64,000 nucleotides of DNA, taken from contig OZ240211.1 in NCBI GenBank assembly GCA_965197525.1, positions 1,088,001 to 1,152,000 of the forward strand, in the 5' to 3' direction. How positions within the stretch are numbered: the stretch's first letter is position 1; each line of letters begins with the position of its first letter. Under the pieces are notes generated by a model that was not told the origin of the DNA, searched no databases, and worked only from the letters and a program-made list of their open reading frames with translations. Below are positions 30,125 to 39,753 of the stretch, piece by piece. A program made the translations under genes and the position numbers. Source of the DNA: Nitrosopumilus sp. GTDB lineage: Archaea > Thermoproteota > Nitrososphaeria > Nitrososphaerales > Nitrosopumilaceae.

Positions 30125-31321
30125 ATGTCACTAAAATACATGATTGTACTAGGCATAAGACCGGATATTATCAACTATCAGCCAATTGTAACTGAATTAA
30201 ACAAAAAAAGATGCGACTATGTAGTAGTGCATACAGGACAGCACTATTCATATTTTTTTGATGGGTTGTTTTTCAAACAACTAAAATTTCCAAAACCAGA
30301 CTATCACCTAAAGGTAGGTTCAGGTACACAGGCCCAACAGTTGGGAGTCCTAATTCAGAGATTTGAAAAAGTATTACTAAAAGAGAGACCCGACTTGGTT
30401 TTCTCATTCTCTGATGCAAATCCCGCACTATCAGCAATTGTAGCATCAAAGATGGGAATTAAGATTGCACATCTAGAGTCAGGAATGAGAAGCTATGACT
30501 GGAGAATGCCTGAGGAAAAGAATCGTAGACTGATAGACAGCATTTCAGACTATCTGTTTACACCCACATCAATTACCAAACAGAATCTGTTACGTGAAGG
30601 ACATCCCGCACATAAAATTTTTCAGGTAGGAAAGCCAATCTATGACGTCTTACATAATTTCAGAGAAGAGATAGAACAAAATAAGATTTTAGATAGATTA
30701 CAGTTAGAAGAGAAAGACTATTTTTTGGTAACAGCACACAGACCGGAAAATGTTGGAGTCAAAAGACCGTTAAAAAATATCATACAGGCACTAAACGAAC
30801 TACACAAAAAATATGAAAAAGATATAATTTTTCCCATTCATCCAAGAACACGCAAATCAATAAAACAATTTTCCATAAAATTATCCAAGGGAATTAGATT
30901 GTTGGACCCCGTAGGATTTTTAGAGTTTTCAAAGCTAGAAAAGAACGCGTTTTGCTGCGTTACGGACTCAGGCACGGTGCAAGAGGATTCGTGCATCTTC
31001 AAGGTGCCGTGTGTGACAATTAGGGTGAGTACGGAACGTTCAGAGACAGTACGAGTAGGCTCAAACATTGTTGCAGGCTTGAACAAGAAACACATCATGC
31101 AAGCAGTAGATATCATGGTAAGTAAAAAAAATAATTGGAAGAATCCGTATGGTAAACCAAACAGTGCAGAAAAGACGGTAAAAATTTTGGAAGAGAAGAG
31201 AAGAGAGATTCTAAAACCAAAGGTGTGGTGGAATCATCCCAAAGTTCAGAGGAGTAACGAGGTTAGCACATATCGAAATAAATGGAGAGATCCGCTGTTC
31301 CCTGATGAAACGTTTGACTAG
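30125..31321 (+). CDS. wecB: UDP-N-acetylglucosamine 2-epimerase (non-hydrolysing type)
   Basis: GIRPD, HTGQHY, AHLESGMRS, PEEKNR, TDSGTVQED. Confidence 0.9.
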   Translation: MSLKYMIVLGIRPDIINYQPIVTELNKKRCDYVVVHTGQHYSYFFDGLFFKQLKFPKPDYHLKVGSGTQAQQLGVLIQRFEKVLLKERPDLVFSFSDANPALSAIVASKMGIKIAHLESGMRSYDWRMPEEKNRRLIDSISDYLFTPTSITKQNLLREGHPAHKIFQVGKPIYDVLHNFREEIEQNKILDRLQLEEKDYFLVTAHRPENVGVKRPLKNIIQALNELHKKYEKDIIFPIHPRTRKSIKQFSIKLSKGIRLLDPVGFLEFSKLEKNAFCCVTDSGTVQEDSCIFKVPCVTIRVSTERSETVRVGSNIVAGLNKKHIMQAVDIMVSKKNNWKNPYGKPNSAEKTVKILEEKRREILKPKVWWNHPKVQRSNEVSTYRNKWRDPLFPDETFD

Positions 31322-31333
31322 TGACAGAGAGCA

Positions 31334-31385
31334 TCTATAGAGTTAATAATAAAACATTATCTTATTTCAGTTATATTGATTCAAG
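31334..31385 (+). repeat. 52-bp direct repeat, copy 1 (copy 2 at 35885-35936)
   Basis: TCTATAGAGTTAATAATAAAACATTAT(C/T)TTATTTCAGTTA(T/G)ATTGATTCAAG; 50/52 identical. Confidence 0.9.
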
Positions 31386-31556
31386 TGGCAAACAACTACA
31401 GCTATAAACTGTTGCGTAATGGTGTCGTTTTTTGAAGTTGTTTTTGATCATCTAGCTGGACAATATTTGAGTTATTTTAATTATGAAGCTCATTTTAGAT
31501 CCAACTAGACAGAATTCTAATCTTATCACACATCAGCAACAAATCCTCTATAATAG

Positions 31557-32507
31557 CTAGTTTTTCTTTCTTTTCTTCCTGTATTTTTTAATTATGGTCT
31601 CTGTCGTAGATTTTGGAAGAGTTTTGAACATTACATCTCTGATACCAGATCTTACTCTTACCATAATTGGTTTTGCTCTTTTGTATTTTTTCAAAGCTAT
31701 CCTGTAATCTCTTTGCTTTTCTTTATCTAACTGGTTTAGAATACGCGTTCTAATCTTATTTTCATTATCTATGGACTCCCACATACCGTTTGTCTTTGTA
31801 AGTTGGTTTTGATGAACTCTGTACTTTGCTAAAATTTTTGGAACAAGGTGTAATCTGAATTTATGTAAAATACATAATCTTAACCATAGTTCAACATCTT
31901 CTAAAAAGATCACATTCTCATCAAACATGCCAAATCTATCAAATGCTGATTTGTGAATTAGACTGGTGATCCCGTTTCCTATGTAATGATCCAATAGTAT
32001 TGTATTAAACTCAAAAGAATCCATTGAATTATGGTTTGGTTCTATCCATTGTCGTAAAATCTTTCCTTGTGAGTCTATAATGTCATAATTTGAGTATATG
32101 ATACAATTCTCTTTATTCTCTAACTTTTTGGTACTATTCACTAACTCTTGTACTGCGTATGGGTACAACAGATCATCTGCACTCAGCCACTTGAACCATT
32201 CCCCCTGCATCGCTTGTATTCCTGCATTTAATGCAGATGCCGTTCCACCGTTGGGTTTTGAGATTATTTGAATCCTGTCAGAGTATTCTTCTAAAATCTT
32301 TAAAGAATCGTCTTTAGAGCCGTCATTGACTGCAATTATCTCCGTGTTGCCGTAATCTTGATTCAGAGCTGATTCTAGGCATTCTCTTAGATATTTTTCT
32401 GCATTGTATACTGGAATGATAATTGAAACCTTCATCCCTGTTTTATCTGATGATTCGTCTAATAAATCTGACAACATCGTTGTGTGTGTCCTAATAATAA
32501 AAAACAC
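31557..32507 (-). CDS. Glycosyltransferase family 2
   Basis: VSIIIPVYN, NDGSKD, WLSADD, EDVELW. Confidence 0.9.
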   Translation of the reverse strand: MFFIIRTHTTMLSDLLDESSDKTGMKVSIIIPVYNAEKYLRECLESALNQDYGNTEIIAVNDGSKDDSLKILEEYSDRIQIISKPNGGTASALNAGIQAMQGEWFKWLSADDLLYPYAVQELVNSTKKLENKENCIIYSNYDIIDSQGKILRQWIEPNHNSMDSFEFNTILLDHYIGNGITSLIHKSAFDRFGMFDENVIFLEDVELWLRLCILHKFRLHLVPKILAKYRVHQNQLTKTNGMWESIDNENKIRTRILNQLDKEKQRDYRIALKKYKRAKPIMVRVRSGIRDVMFKTLPKSTTETIIKKYRKKRKKN

Positions 32508-32583
32508 TGTCTGGCATGCAATGATACGTGGACATGGCAGATACCATAATTACATGTGTAGAACCATGTAAGGCTGTCCGGAC

Positions 32584-32920
32584 CTATGCGCTCAGGTCAA
32601 CTGTTTTTCTAGGCATAAAAATGCAGATATTTTTGTAAAATAGCGCGTAGCCAAAAGCGGAACACAAGCACATACGTATATGCCTCTAGGACACACCTAT
32701 GCATCAATCTGAAAATGTTACGCGAGGCGATCGCCGGATATACGAGATACACAAGACTTGATGTTGATGTTGAAAAGACTCTGTACCGAATCATTTGAGA
32801 TAGCACGTAATTCTGCACAACATGCAGCCAGCGCAAGCCATGTATGAGATGTCCAGTACAGATTAAAACACGGAACCTGTTGATCCCATCTACCGTGCTC
32901 AAGACATGTTGAGTGTATAT
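32584..32920 (+). mobile_element. Orphan end of the MITE family followed by degenerate sequence
   Basis: CTATGCGCTCAGGTC-N9-TCTAGGC has the same spacing as the ends at 13674 and 22975; no partner end found. Confidence 0.45.
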
Positions 32921-33009
32921 ACAGTCAAAATCGGATTATCTGGCGAGTATATTACACCAATTTTTAATCTTTGGTATACATGTGTTCATGCATGCAATCA
33001 TCTCCAAAT

Positions 33010-33044
33010 TTTGGAGAGGGGCAAACTGCTTTCAGGATACTATA
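33010..33044 (+). mobile_element. Possible IS481-like terminal scar
   Basis: TTTCAGGATACTATA matches TTTCAGGATACTGCA at 49040-49054. Confidence 0.3.
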
Positions 33045-33075
33045 GTTAATTAAAGCACCAACTTGGAAATATGTT

Positions 33076-34188
33076 ATGAAAATTGGGTTTATTCACGCAT
33101 CTCTTGATATGTTAGGCGGAGCAGAGCAAATTACTTATTCATTATTAGATCTTTTAAAAGATAGTAGGCATAAAGTGACATTATATACTACAACTACTAA
33201 TGCAATAGTTCCAGATCAGATCAAAGTTACACATATCAAGAGAAATCCACTTCTATGTAAAATTCCGGGTAGGAGATTACAAGAAATATTATTGGACAAA
33301 CAGATATTTAAAAAAATAAAAGACGAAGACATTCTTTTTATTTCTAATGCAGGGGGGTTAAGATTAGAAGAGATTAAAAATCCAACTGTGATGTATTGTC
33401 ACTCCACACTTGAATCGCCGAAAAGAAACGTTAAAAAAAGCAACATGTTGGGGGTGTCGAGAATTTATTATAATTATATAGAAAAACATCACAAAGCTCA
33501 ATCAAAAATACTAAAAAAATCGTCAGTGCATTTAATTACAAACTCCAATTACACTAAAGAAAGAATCGAAAAAGTATTTGGAAAAAAATCAAAACTAATC
33601 TTCCCGCCTGTAAAGATAGATCAAAACAAATCTAAAACTTTGAAAAAAGCAGGAGTCATTACTGTTGCACGATTTGATCCAACAAAAAATTTAGAGTTTA
33701 ATCTAAATGTTGTAAAAAAAATCAATACAGGATACAAAATATTTGGCAATGCAAAATTGCCGATACATTTCAACTATTATAATGATCTCTTAAAAAAGAT
33801 TGAAGATCAGAAACGGATCAACTTTTTTTGCAATGTAGATAGAAAATTAATTAAAGATTCACTTTATGAGTCAAAAGTATATTTTTCAAGTAGTAAAGAG
33901 ACATTTGGAATTTCAGTTGTTGAGGGGATAATGACAGGGTGTATCCCAATTGTTCCTGACAACACTGCAAATAAAGAGACCGTACCTATTCCAGAGTTAA
34001 GATATCGCGAAGATGATATAGAAGATGCACAAGAGCATGTTCAACGCGCAATAGAGGGGGATTTTGATAAGCATCTTGACGAATTACAAGCAAATAGTAT
34101 AGAAAAATTTTCAGAGGCGCAATTTCAAAAAAATATCACAGAGTATTTGGACGAGTTTGAGAAAAGTATGAATAAAAAAAGTAAATGA
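33076..34188 (+). CDS. Glycosyltransferase family 4
   Basis: GGAEQI, NSNYT, TVARFDPTKN, ETFGISVVEGI. Confidence 0.9.
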   Translation: MKIGFIHASLDMLGGAEQITYSLLDLLKDSRHKVTLYTTTTNAIVPDQIKVTHIKRNPLLCKIPGRRLQEILLDKQIFKKIKDEDILFISNAGGLRLEEIKNPTVMYCHSTLESPKRNVKKSNMLGVSRIYYNYIEKHHKAQSKILKKSSVHLITNSNYTKERIEKVFGKKSKLIFPPVKIDQNKSKTLKKAGVITVARFDPTKNLEFNLNVVKKINTGYKIFGNAKLPIHFNYYNDLLKKIEDQKRINFFCNVDRKLIKDSLYESKVYFSSSKETFGISVVEGIMTGCIPIVPDNTANKETVPIPELRYREDDIEDAQEHVQRAIEGDFDKHLDELQANSIEKFSEAQFQKNITEYLDEFEKSMNKKSK

Positions 34189-34447
34189 GTATTATAAGAT
34201 TTGAAAATATCTGATTAGTAAATTACTAATTTGCCCTTAGTTTTAATTAGATCTTTTGTAACTGTAGTTTTTCGAAGTTCATGACTGCAATATGGAAATT
34301 TACACTCAAACTTGCATCTCATAAAACAGATAGTAATGATTGGTCGATATACTATGCGTAGATCCTAGTCTACTTCAAAAAACTGCATAGCTTCATATGA
34401 TATAATATATTATGCATAGTCTCTAATCTCTTCTAACGTACGAAATG

Positions 34448-34939
34448 CTATAATCGTTTTATTTCATCGAATTTGTCAGGTTTTGGAAGACTGCCACCAT
34501 TTGATAAAAGTTCAAACTTTTTCTCCAATGCCTGCAATCTCTCCAGATCACCACTGTTTGATTTTTCGTCATTAATGTTATTCTTTGATATGATTAACAA
34601 TTCAAGCAAAAGAGGTGTAACACATTCTTTCCATAATCCTGGAGGTAGTTTGTAGTTGTAAGGGTTGGCCTCTGCAGCTACATCTACCTCAGATGAATAT
34701 GCCAAAGATTTTTTCATGTGTAAGAATCCGGCAAACGAGAGTGTTGGTAGTATAATAATTACAAATAAAATAGCATAGCCTGTAAAACTAGGAAATACAC
34801 TGTTTAGTGTAGAAGAATTTGCCACTGCAAGATAATAAGTCAATGTCAACATATTGCCAAGCGATAACAAAAATGCAAAATATTGTGCGTATCCCATTCG
34901 AAAATAAAACCATGATCTAAAAGGTAGTGTTTTTTTCAA
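34448..34939 (-). CDS. Small membrane protein, tandem paralog B (likely TTG start 34939)
   Basis: WFYFRMGYAQYF, two hydrophobic helices, EANPYNYK; paralog of the next gene. Confidence 0.75.
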   Translation of the reverse strand: MKKTLPFRSWFYFRMGYAQYFAFLLSLGNMLTLTYYLAVANSSTLNSVFPSFTGYAILFVIIILPTLSFAGFLHMKKSLAYSSEVDVAAEANPYNYKLPPGLWKECVTPLLLELLIISKNNINDEKSNSGDLERLQALEKKFELLSNGGSLPKPDKFDEIKRL

Positions 34940-34940
34940 T

Positions 34941-35432
34941 TTAAAATGCCCCCTTTGGCGGGTTGCCAACATGACCTCCATTCATTAATTTAAGTAAGTC
35001 TTTTTCTAGACTATCTAATCGATTTTTTTCATCCTCAGAGAGTTGTTCGTCATTTATTTTCTTGATTAAGAGTTTGGTTATTTCATGATATGCAGGAAAA
35101 ATTACTTTTTCTGAAAATCCTGGAAGAGGTTTATAATGATAAGGATTAATTTCTGCAGATATATTTTGCTCAGCTGAAAATGTACCTATCTGTTTTAAGT
35201 GAATCCATCCAGCTAGTACGACTATCGGAATACCGATTGAGATTACAGTAACAATATAGATTTCAAATGTTGGAAAAATAACAAGTAAAAAAGGAACTTT
35301 GTCAATTGCAAGAAAGTAAGTACTTGTAAGTATATTGATCATTCCAACGAACACTGCAAAATAAGTGGCATATCCGATTCTAAAATAGAAAAATATCCTA
35401 TATCCGTCGTTTAGTTTTTTCAATGTAGACAC
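34941..35432 (-). CDS. Small membrane protein, tandem paralog A
   Basis: FFYFRIGYATYF, two hydrophobic helices, EINPYHYK. Confidence 0.75.
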   Translation of the reverse strand: MSTLKKLNDGYRIFFYFRIGYATYFAVFVGMINILTSTYFLAIDKVPFLLVIFPTFEIYIVTVISIGIPIVVLAGWIHLKQIGTFSAEQNISAEINPYHYKPLPGFSEKVIFPAYHEITKLLIKKINDEQLSEDEKNRLDSLEKDLLKLMNGGHVGNPPKGAF

Positions 35433-35485
35433 TTCGCTTTGTTACTTATATGAATATTTTTGATATTTTATTTTTTAACAAGAAA

Positions 35486-35797
35486 CTAGATCAATGACCG
35501 ATTTTCTGGAAAAAGCCCATCTCCTAGACTCTTGTTATTCCTCTCTGCGTCTGCTGCGTGTTGCCGTGCCTCTCTCTCTCTCTTTTGCATACACCATTCC
35601 AAAGAATCCGCAGATGGTGGTAAATTGGGATTCTCGTAATATGCTAGCTTGTGCTCAAGTGCATCGATGACTCTATTGAATCAATTGTTTTCCTTTTCGA
35701 TTGCATTTATCTTGACATTGAGTACTGATATTCTGTCTGTGAAGGAGCGTATGATTTCCTCCTCCAATTCACCATATGTCAGTCTGCGGTCTTTCAT
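35486..35797 (-). pseudogene. IS66-like transposase N-terminal remnant
   Basis: Coiled coil followed by KLAYYENPNLPPSADS; internal TGA. Confidence 0.5.
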
Positions 35798-35884
35798 ACA
35801 GAAACATGTACTATCAACATAGTGATGCATAAAATCTATTGTTGGCTAGTAGTTCAGAGGACGTGACATCATACTAGTAGAACG

Positions 35885-35936
35885 TCTATAGAGTTAATAA
35901 TAAAACATTATTTTATTTCAGTTAGATTGATTCAAG
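35885..35936 (+). repeat. 52-bp direct repeat, copy 2; contains the promoter-like AT tract and first codons of the RmlC-like gene
   Basis: 50/52 identical to 31334-31385; includes the TTG at 35927. Confidence 0.9.
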
Positions 35937-36373
35937 GAGTAGAAAACAATCCGGTACAACATTTCATTGATGATAGAGGATTCTTGTCACAGATACTTCC
36001 AGAAGGAGACAAGTCCTTTGAGATAAAGCGCGTTTATTCAACAGGAAACTTCTCCAAAGGCACCATTAGAGGATACCACAAACATCAGCGTGAAAAGAAA
36101 GGATTTTTTGTTACGTCAGGCGCTGCAAAATTTGTTGCAGTAGATGATCGAAAAGATAGCCAAACTTACAAAGAGATAAACACGTTTGTTTTATCAACAC
36201 TGAAACCTACGGTTTTAATTATACCAACAGGTGTGTATACCGGATGGATGTCGCTTGCAGATAATACAGTGATATTGGGAATCTCATCAGAAGTATTTGA
36301 TAGAGATAATCCTGATGATGAGAGGTTGGATCCTAACACTTTTGGTAATGTTTGGGAGATAAAAGACAGATGA
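35927..36373 (+). CDS. dTDP-4-dehydrorhamnose 3,5-epimerase-like (RmlC/cupin) protein
   Basis: DDRGFLSQ, IRGYHKH, VAVDDRKDS, IIPTGVYTG. Confidence 0.85.
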   Translation: MIQGVENNPVQHFIDDRGFLSQILPEGDKSFEIKRVYSTGNFSKGTIRGYHKHQREKKGFFVTSGAAKFVAVDDRKDSQTYKEINTFVLSTLKPTVLIIPTGVYTGWMSLADNTVILGISSEVFDRDNPDDERLDPNTFGNVWEIKDR

Positions 36374-37362
36374 AGATACTGCTAACCGGAGGAGCGGGGT
36401 ATCTAGGCTCTGTACTTGCAAGAAAGTTGCTGGTAAACGGTCATCATGTCAGAATACTAGATAACTTTCTGTTTGGGAAGGATTCTATCAAGGACATACA
36501 AGACAACAAAAAGCTAGAGGTTGTACAGGGTGATATCAGAGATTTGGCCATAGTAGGCAGATCGCTTAAAGACATCGATTCAGTGATTCACCTAGCCTCA
36601 ATAGTTGGGACCCAGTCAGCGGAACTAGATCCAAAGACATCAATGGAGATCAACTTTATGGCAACAAGAAACATTGCCGAGTTGTGTAAAATCTATAAAA
36701 TTGAACAGTTTATTTTTGCTAGTACGTGCTCTGTGTACGGTGCTCAACCAGACCAACTAATTACAGAGAGCTCAGAGGTAAATCCGTTGGATTCATACGG
36801 TTTGTCAAAGTTCCAATCAGAACGGGCAATACTGCAAGCGTATGACTATCCTACAATATTGAGATTGGGCACATTGTTTGGTGCATCATACAGAATGAGA
36901 TTTGATTTGGCAATTAATCTGTTTATTGCACAAGCTATGAACAAAGAAAAGATAACGGTATTTGGGGGAGAGCAATGGAGACCGTTTTTGCATGTTGATG
37001 ATGCGGCAGAGGCATTTGTTTTTGCAGTAGAAAACAAGATGGAGGGCATATACAATGTAATTTGGAAGAATCTCACAATTAATCAGATGGCAAAAGATGT
37101 AAAGAAGATAGTTCCAACTAGGATAGAATTGTCAAAAGATATCATAGACAAGAGGGACTATCGTGTAAGTGGAAAAAAGGTGGAAAGATTTGATTTTAAA
37201 GCCAGTAAAGGTATCTCATATGCGGTAAAAGAGTTCAAGACACATATACGAAACGACATAAAAAACTACAAGCAGGACAGATACAGCAACTACAAATCCT
37301 TCTTTAACTCAAAATCCATTCAACGTAAAGTGTATACTCAGGGACCGATATTTAAGAGGTGA
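36370..37362 (+). CDS. NAD-dependent sugar epimerase/dehydratase
   Basis: TGGAGYLGS, ASTCSVYG, YGLSK, MRFDL; ATGA overlap with the upstream gene. Confidence 0.9.
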   Translation: MKILLTGGAGYLGSVLARKLLVNGHHVRILDNFLFGKDSIKDIQDNKKLEVVQGDIRDLAIVGRSLKDIDSVIHLASIVGTQSAELDPKTSMEINFMATRNIAELCKIYKIEQFIFASTCSVYGAQPDQLITESSEVNPLDSYGLSKFQSERAILQAYDYPTILRLGTLFGASYRMRFDLAINLFIAQAMNKEKITVFGGEQWRPFLHVDDAAEAFVFAVENKMEGIYNVIWKNLTINQMAKDVKKIVPTRIELSKDIIDKRDYRVSGKKVERFDFKASKGISYAVKEFKTHIRNDIKNYKQDRYSNYKSFFNSKSIQRKVYTQGPIFKR

Positions 37363-37375
37363 CAGGAGGGATACC

Positions 37376-38101
37376 ATGACAGTTTTTATCACAGGTGCAT
37401 CAGGGGCGTTAGGCTCAGAACTACAAAAGACATATCCTGGTGCCCTAGTGCCAACGCACAAAGAGCTAGATATTGGCAATAGAGAGCAAGTGCTAGAATT
37501 TTTTCAAAAACACCCAGATATTGATACAGTTATTCATGCCGGTGCTCTTACTGGAATAAGACCTTGTGAAGAGGACCAGCCACTAGCATGGAGAACCAAT
37601 GTCGAGGGTACAAGAAATCTTGTAGATGCAGTACTAGAATCAAAACAAAAGATTCAGTTTATCTATGTGAGTACTGCGTGCGTGTTTGACGGGCATCACG
37701 AGATGTACAAAGAGAGTTCCATACCATATCCTGAGAATTTTTACGCACTCACAAAACTGGTGGGAGAGAGCGAAATTAGAAAATTACCAGAATTTTTAAT
37801 TGCAAGAACTAATTTTGTTGCAAAGGAAAGGTGGCCATATCCTAAAGCATTCACAGACAGATATGGGACTTATCTATTTGCAGATGGGGTAGCGCATGGA
37901 ATAAGAGATGTACAAAGAGAAGAGATGACAGGAATTGTGCATATTGTAGGAGATAAAAAGATCTCTGTATATGAATTGGCAAAGATTACGACTCCAGATG
38001 TTGAACCTATGACTATCAAGGATTATTCAGGACCCAAACTAACGATGGATATGAGTTTGGACACAGAGAGATGGAAAAAATATAAAATTTCCAATCCATG
38101 A
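37376..38101 (+). CDS. RmlD-like sugar nucleotide reductase (SDR)
   Basis: TGASGALGS, HKELDI, VSTACVFDG, YALTK. Confidence 0.85.
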   Translation: MTVFITGASGALGSELQKTYPGALVPTHKELDIGNREQVLEFFQKHPDIDTVIHAGALTGIRPCEEDQPLAWRTNVEGTRNLVDAVLESKQKIQFIYVSTACVFDGHHEMYKESSIPYPENFYALTKLVGESEIRKLPEFLIARTNFVAKERWPYPKAFTDRYGTYLFADGVAHGIRDVQREEMTGIVHIVGDKKISVYELAKITTPDVEPMTIKDYSGPKLTMDMSLDTERWKKYKISNP

Positions 38102-38193
38102 CTTTAAAGACTGTACATATTATACAAAAACTATCAGGGTTATGTTCAGAGTAGAAAATACACAAGATGAATTATAAAGACATATCAAAATAG

Positions 38194-39753
38194 TTAATCT
38201 GTCGGAGAATTTGTTACAAGAATAGTGGTAACATCAGTGAAATTATAAGGATAACCATAACCACTAAAGTAATTTTTATCGTCGAGTAACTCAAAATCCC
38301 CATTAAAATATGCATTAAGGATTAATCTAAACGAGTTAACAGGAGTTATTCCATTATAAATCAACTCATTGTTTTGATCGGGCAGATAATACGCATTAAG
38401 GATGGACATTCTTTCTTGGATAGCTGCATCACTTGGATTGTGATGCCAGTTTGAGGAAGGTTCGGTAAAAAGGCTAAAAGTACCATGATCTCCTTGCAAA
38501 ATGATAACAGGTGGAAAAGTGCTTTCAAGTAATATGATATCGATCATCTCAATCACTTTTTTATTGATAAATTGAACTTGTTCTACATAATCATTTTTGT
38601 CCTCTAATTTAAAGTTCCCAGGAATGACTTTTTTAGGTTGTTTAATCTCACCGTTAGATCCAAACACAAATGGACCATGAGGAGATAGAAAATGTGCATA
38701 AACAAAGAATGGTTCTTCAATGACGTTATGCAAATCAGATAATTCAGAAAATTTGCATAAAACTTGACCAGTACGAAAATGTTCCGTAGGGATATCAGAA
38801 AGTGGCGGATGTAATATAGTGGATTCCCACAAAAGACTATGGAATGGACTACTAAATCCAGGATGTGGGCATAATTGGTAATCATGGGACGTTATAGTGT
38901 TAGGATATATAGGTGTATGTACAACTGTATAGTTTAAAGATTTAAAAATTTTAGATATTTTATTATCATTCAATAGTTTTAAAGGTAAAGTTGAATCAGA
39001 CGAATCGACTCCAACTGTATCAGTAAGGTAATTTAGATATTCCATATTCAATGAAGATGTAACTGAGAGAAATGTTTGAGGATAGTTGCTATGACTATTT
39101 TTGTCAACATGAAATCCTCTTGATTCCAATTCAGATATAAAATCTTGATTATCAAAATTGAATAGTTCTTTTAAAACTTTAGAATTGGTGTATTCATCCA
39201 AGATAATATAATATACGTTGGGAGTGTATCCAAGTGCAGATGCAGACAAAGTATCAAAAGTTATATTATTATCTGCAATTTCAGTAAAACTGTTCTCTAC
39301 CAAGGATACAGTGATGTTAGATGCCGAAACAAGTATTAGAACTATAGCAATAACATTTGCAATTGTTGTAAATTCTACAAAATTTTTCTTAGTCTTTAAG
39401 ATGGAATAAATACCAACGCCGAATATCAGAAGAAAAGATCCCATCAAATAACGATGACGTCCAATCTCAAAATCACCAATCATAGCGTTATTAAAAATAT
39501 TAAAAATGTGTCCATACATAAAAAATAACACAAGACCGAGTGATACTATCAATCCAGATTTCATCTTGTTTTTCAATAAGAGATTTAATAGATACCACAA
39601 ACTGCTTACAATCAGAATGATAACCAGTATTGATAAAATAATGTCAGCGAGATGTATATAGTCAATATTCAAAGAGACAAGCAAGAGAACAGGTATTACA
39701 GCAAACAGAAATGGATGAATGACGCTAGACCTAGTTAACAAAAATTTCATCAT
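38194..39753 (-). CDS. Membrane-anchored sulfatase-like / LTA-synthase-like protein
   Basis: About five N-terminal TM helices, then NVYYIILDEY, YAHFLSPHGPF, ILQGDHG. Confidence 0.8.
   Translation of the reverse strand: MMKFLLTRSSVIHPFLFAVIPVLLLVSLNIDYIHLADIILSILVIILIVSSLWYLLNLLLKNKMKSGLIVSLGLVLFFMYGHIFNIFNNAMIGDFEIGRHRYLMGSFLLIFGVGIYSILKTKKNFVEFTTIANVIAIVLILVSASNITVSLVENSFTEIADNNITFDTLSASALGYTPNVYYIILDEYTNSKVLKELFNFDNQDFISELESRGFHVDKNSHSNYPQTFLSVTSSLNMEYLNYLTDTVGVDSSDSTLPLKLLNDNKISKIFKSLNYTVVHTPIYPNTITSHDYQLCPHPGFSSPFHSLLWESTILHPPLSDIPTEHFRTGQVLCKFSELSDLHNVIEEPFFVYAHFLSPHGPFVFGSNGEIKQPKKVIPGNFKLEDKNDYVEQVQFINKKVIEMIDIILLESTFPPVIILQGDHGTFSLFTEPSSNWHHNPSDAAIQERMSILNAYYLPDQNNELIYNGITPVNSFRLILNAYFNGDFELLDDKNYFSGYGYPYNFTDVTTILVTNSPTD

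Noticed and set aside
33001-33017. 17-bp palindrome TCTCCAAATTTTGGAGA as an operator or terminator
   Set aside because: Single occurrence overlapping an IS-end-like scar; no supporting context
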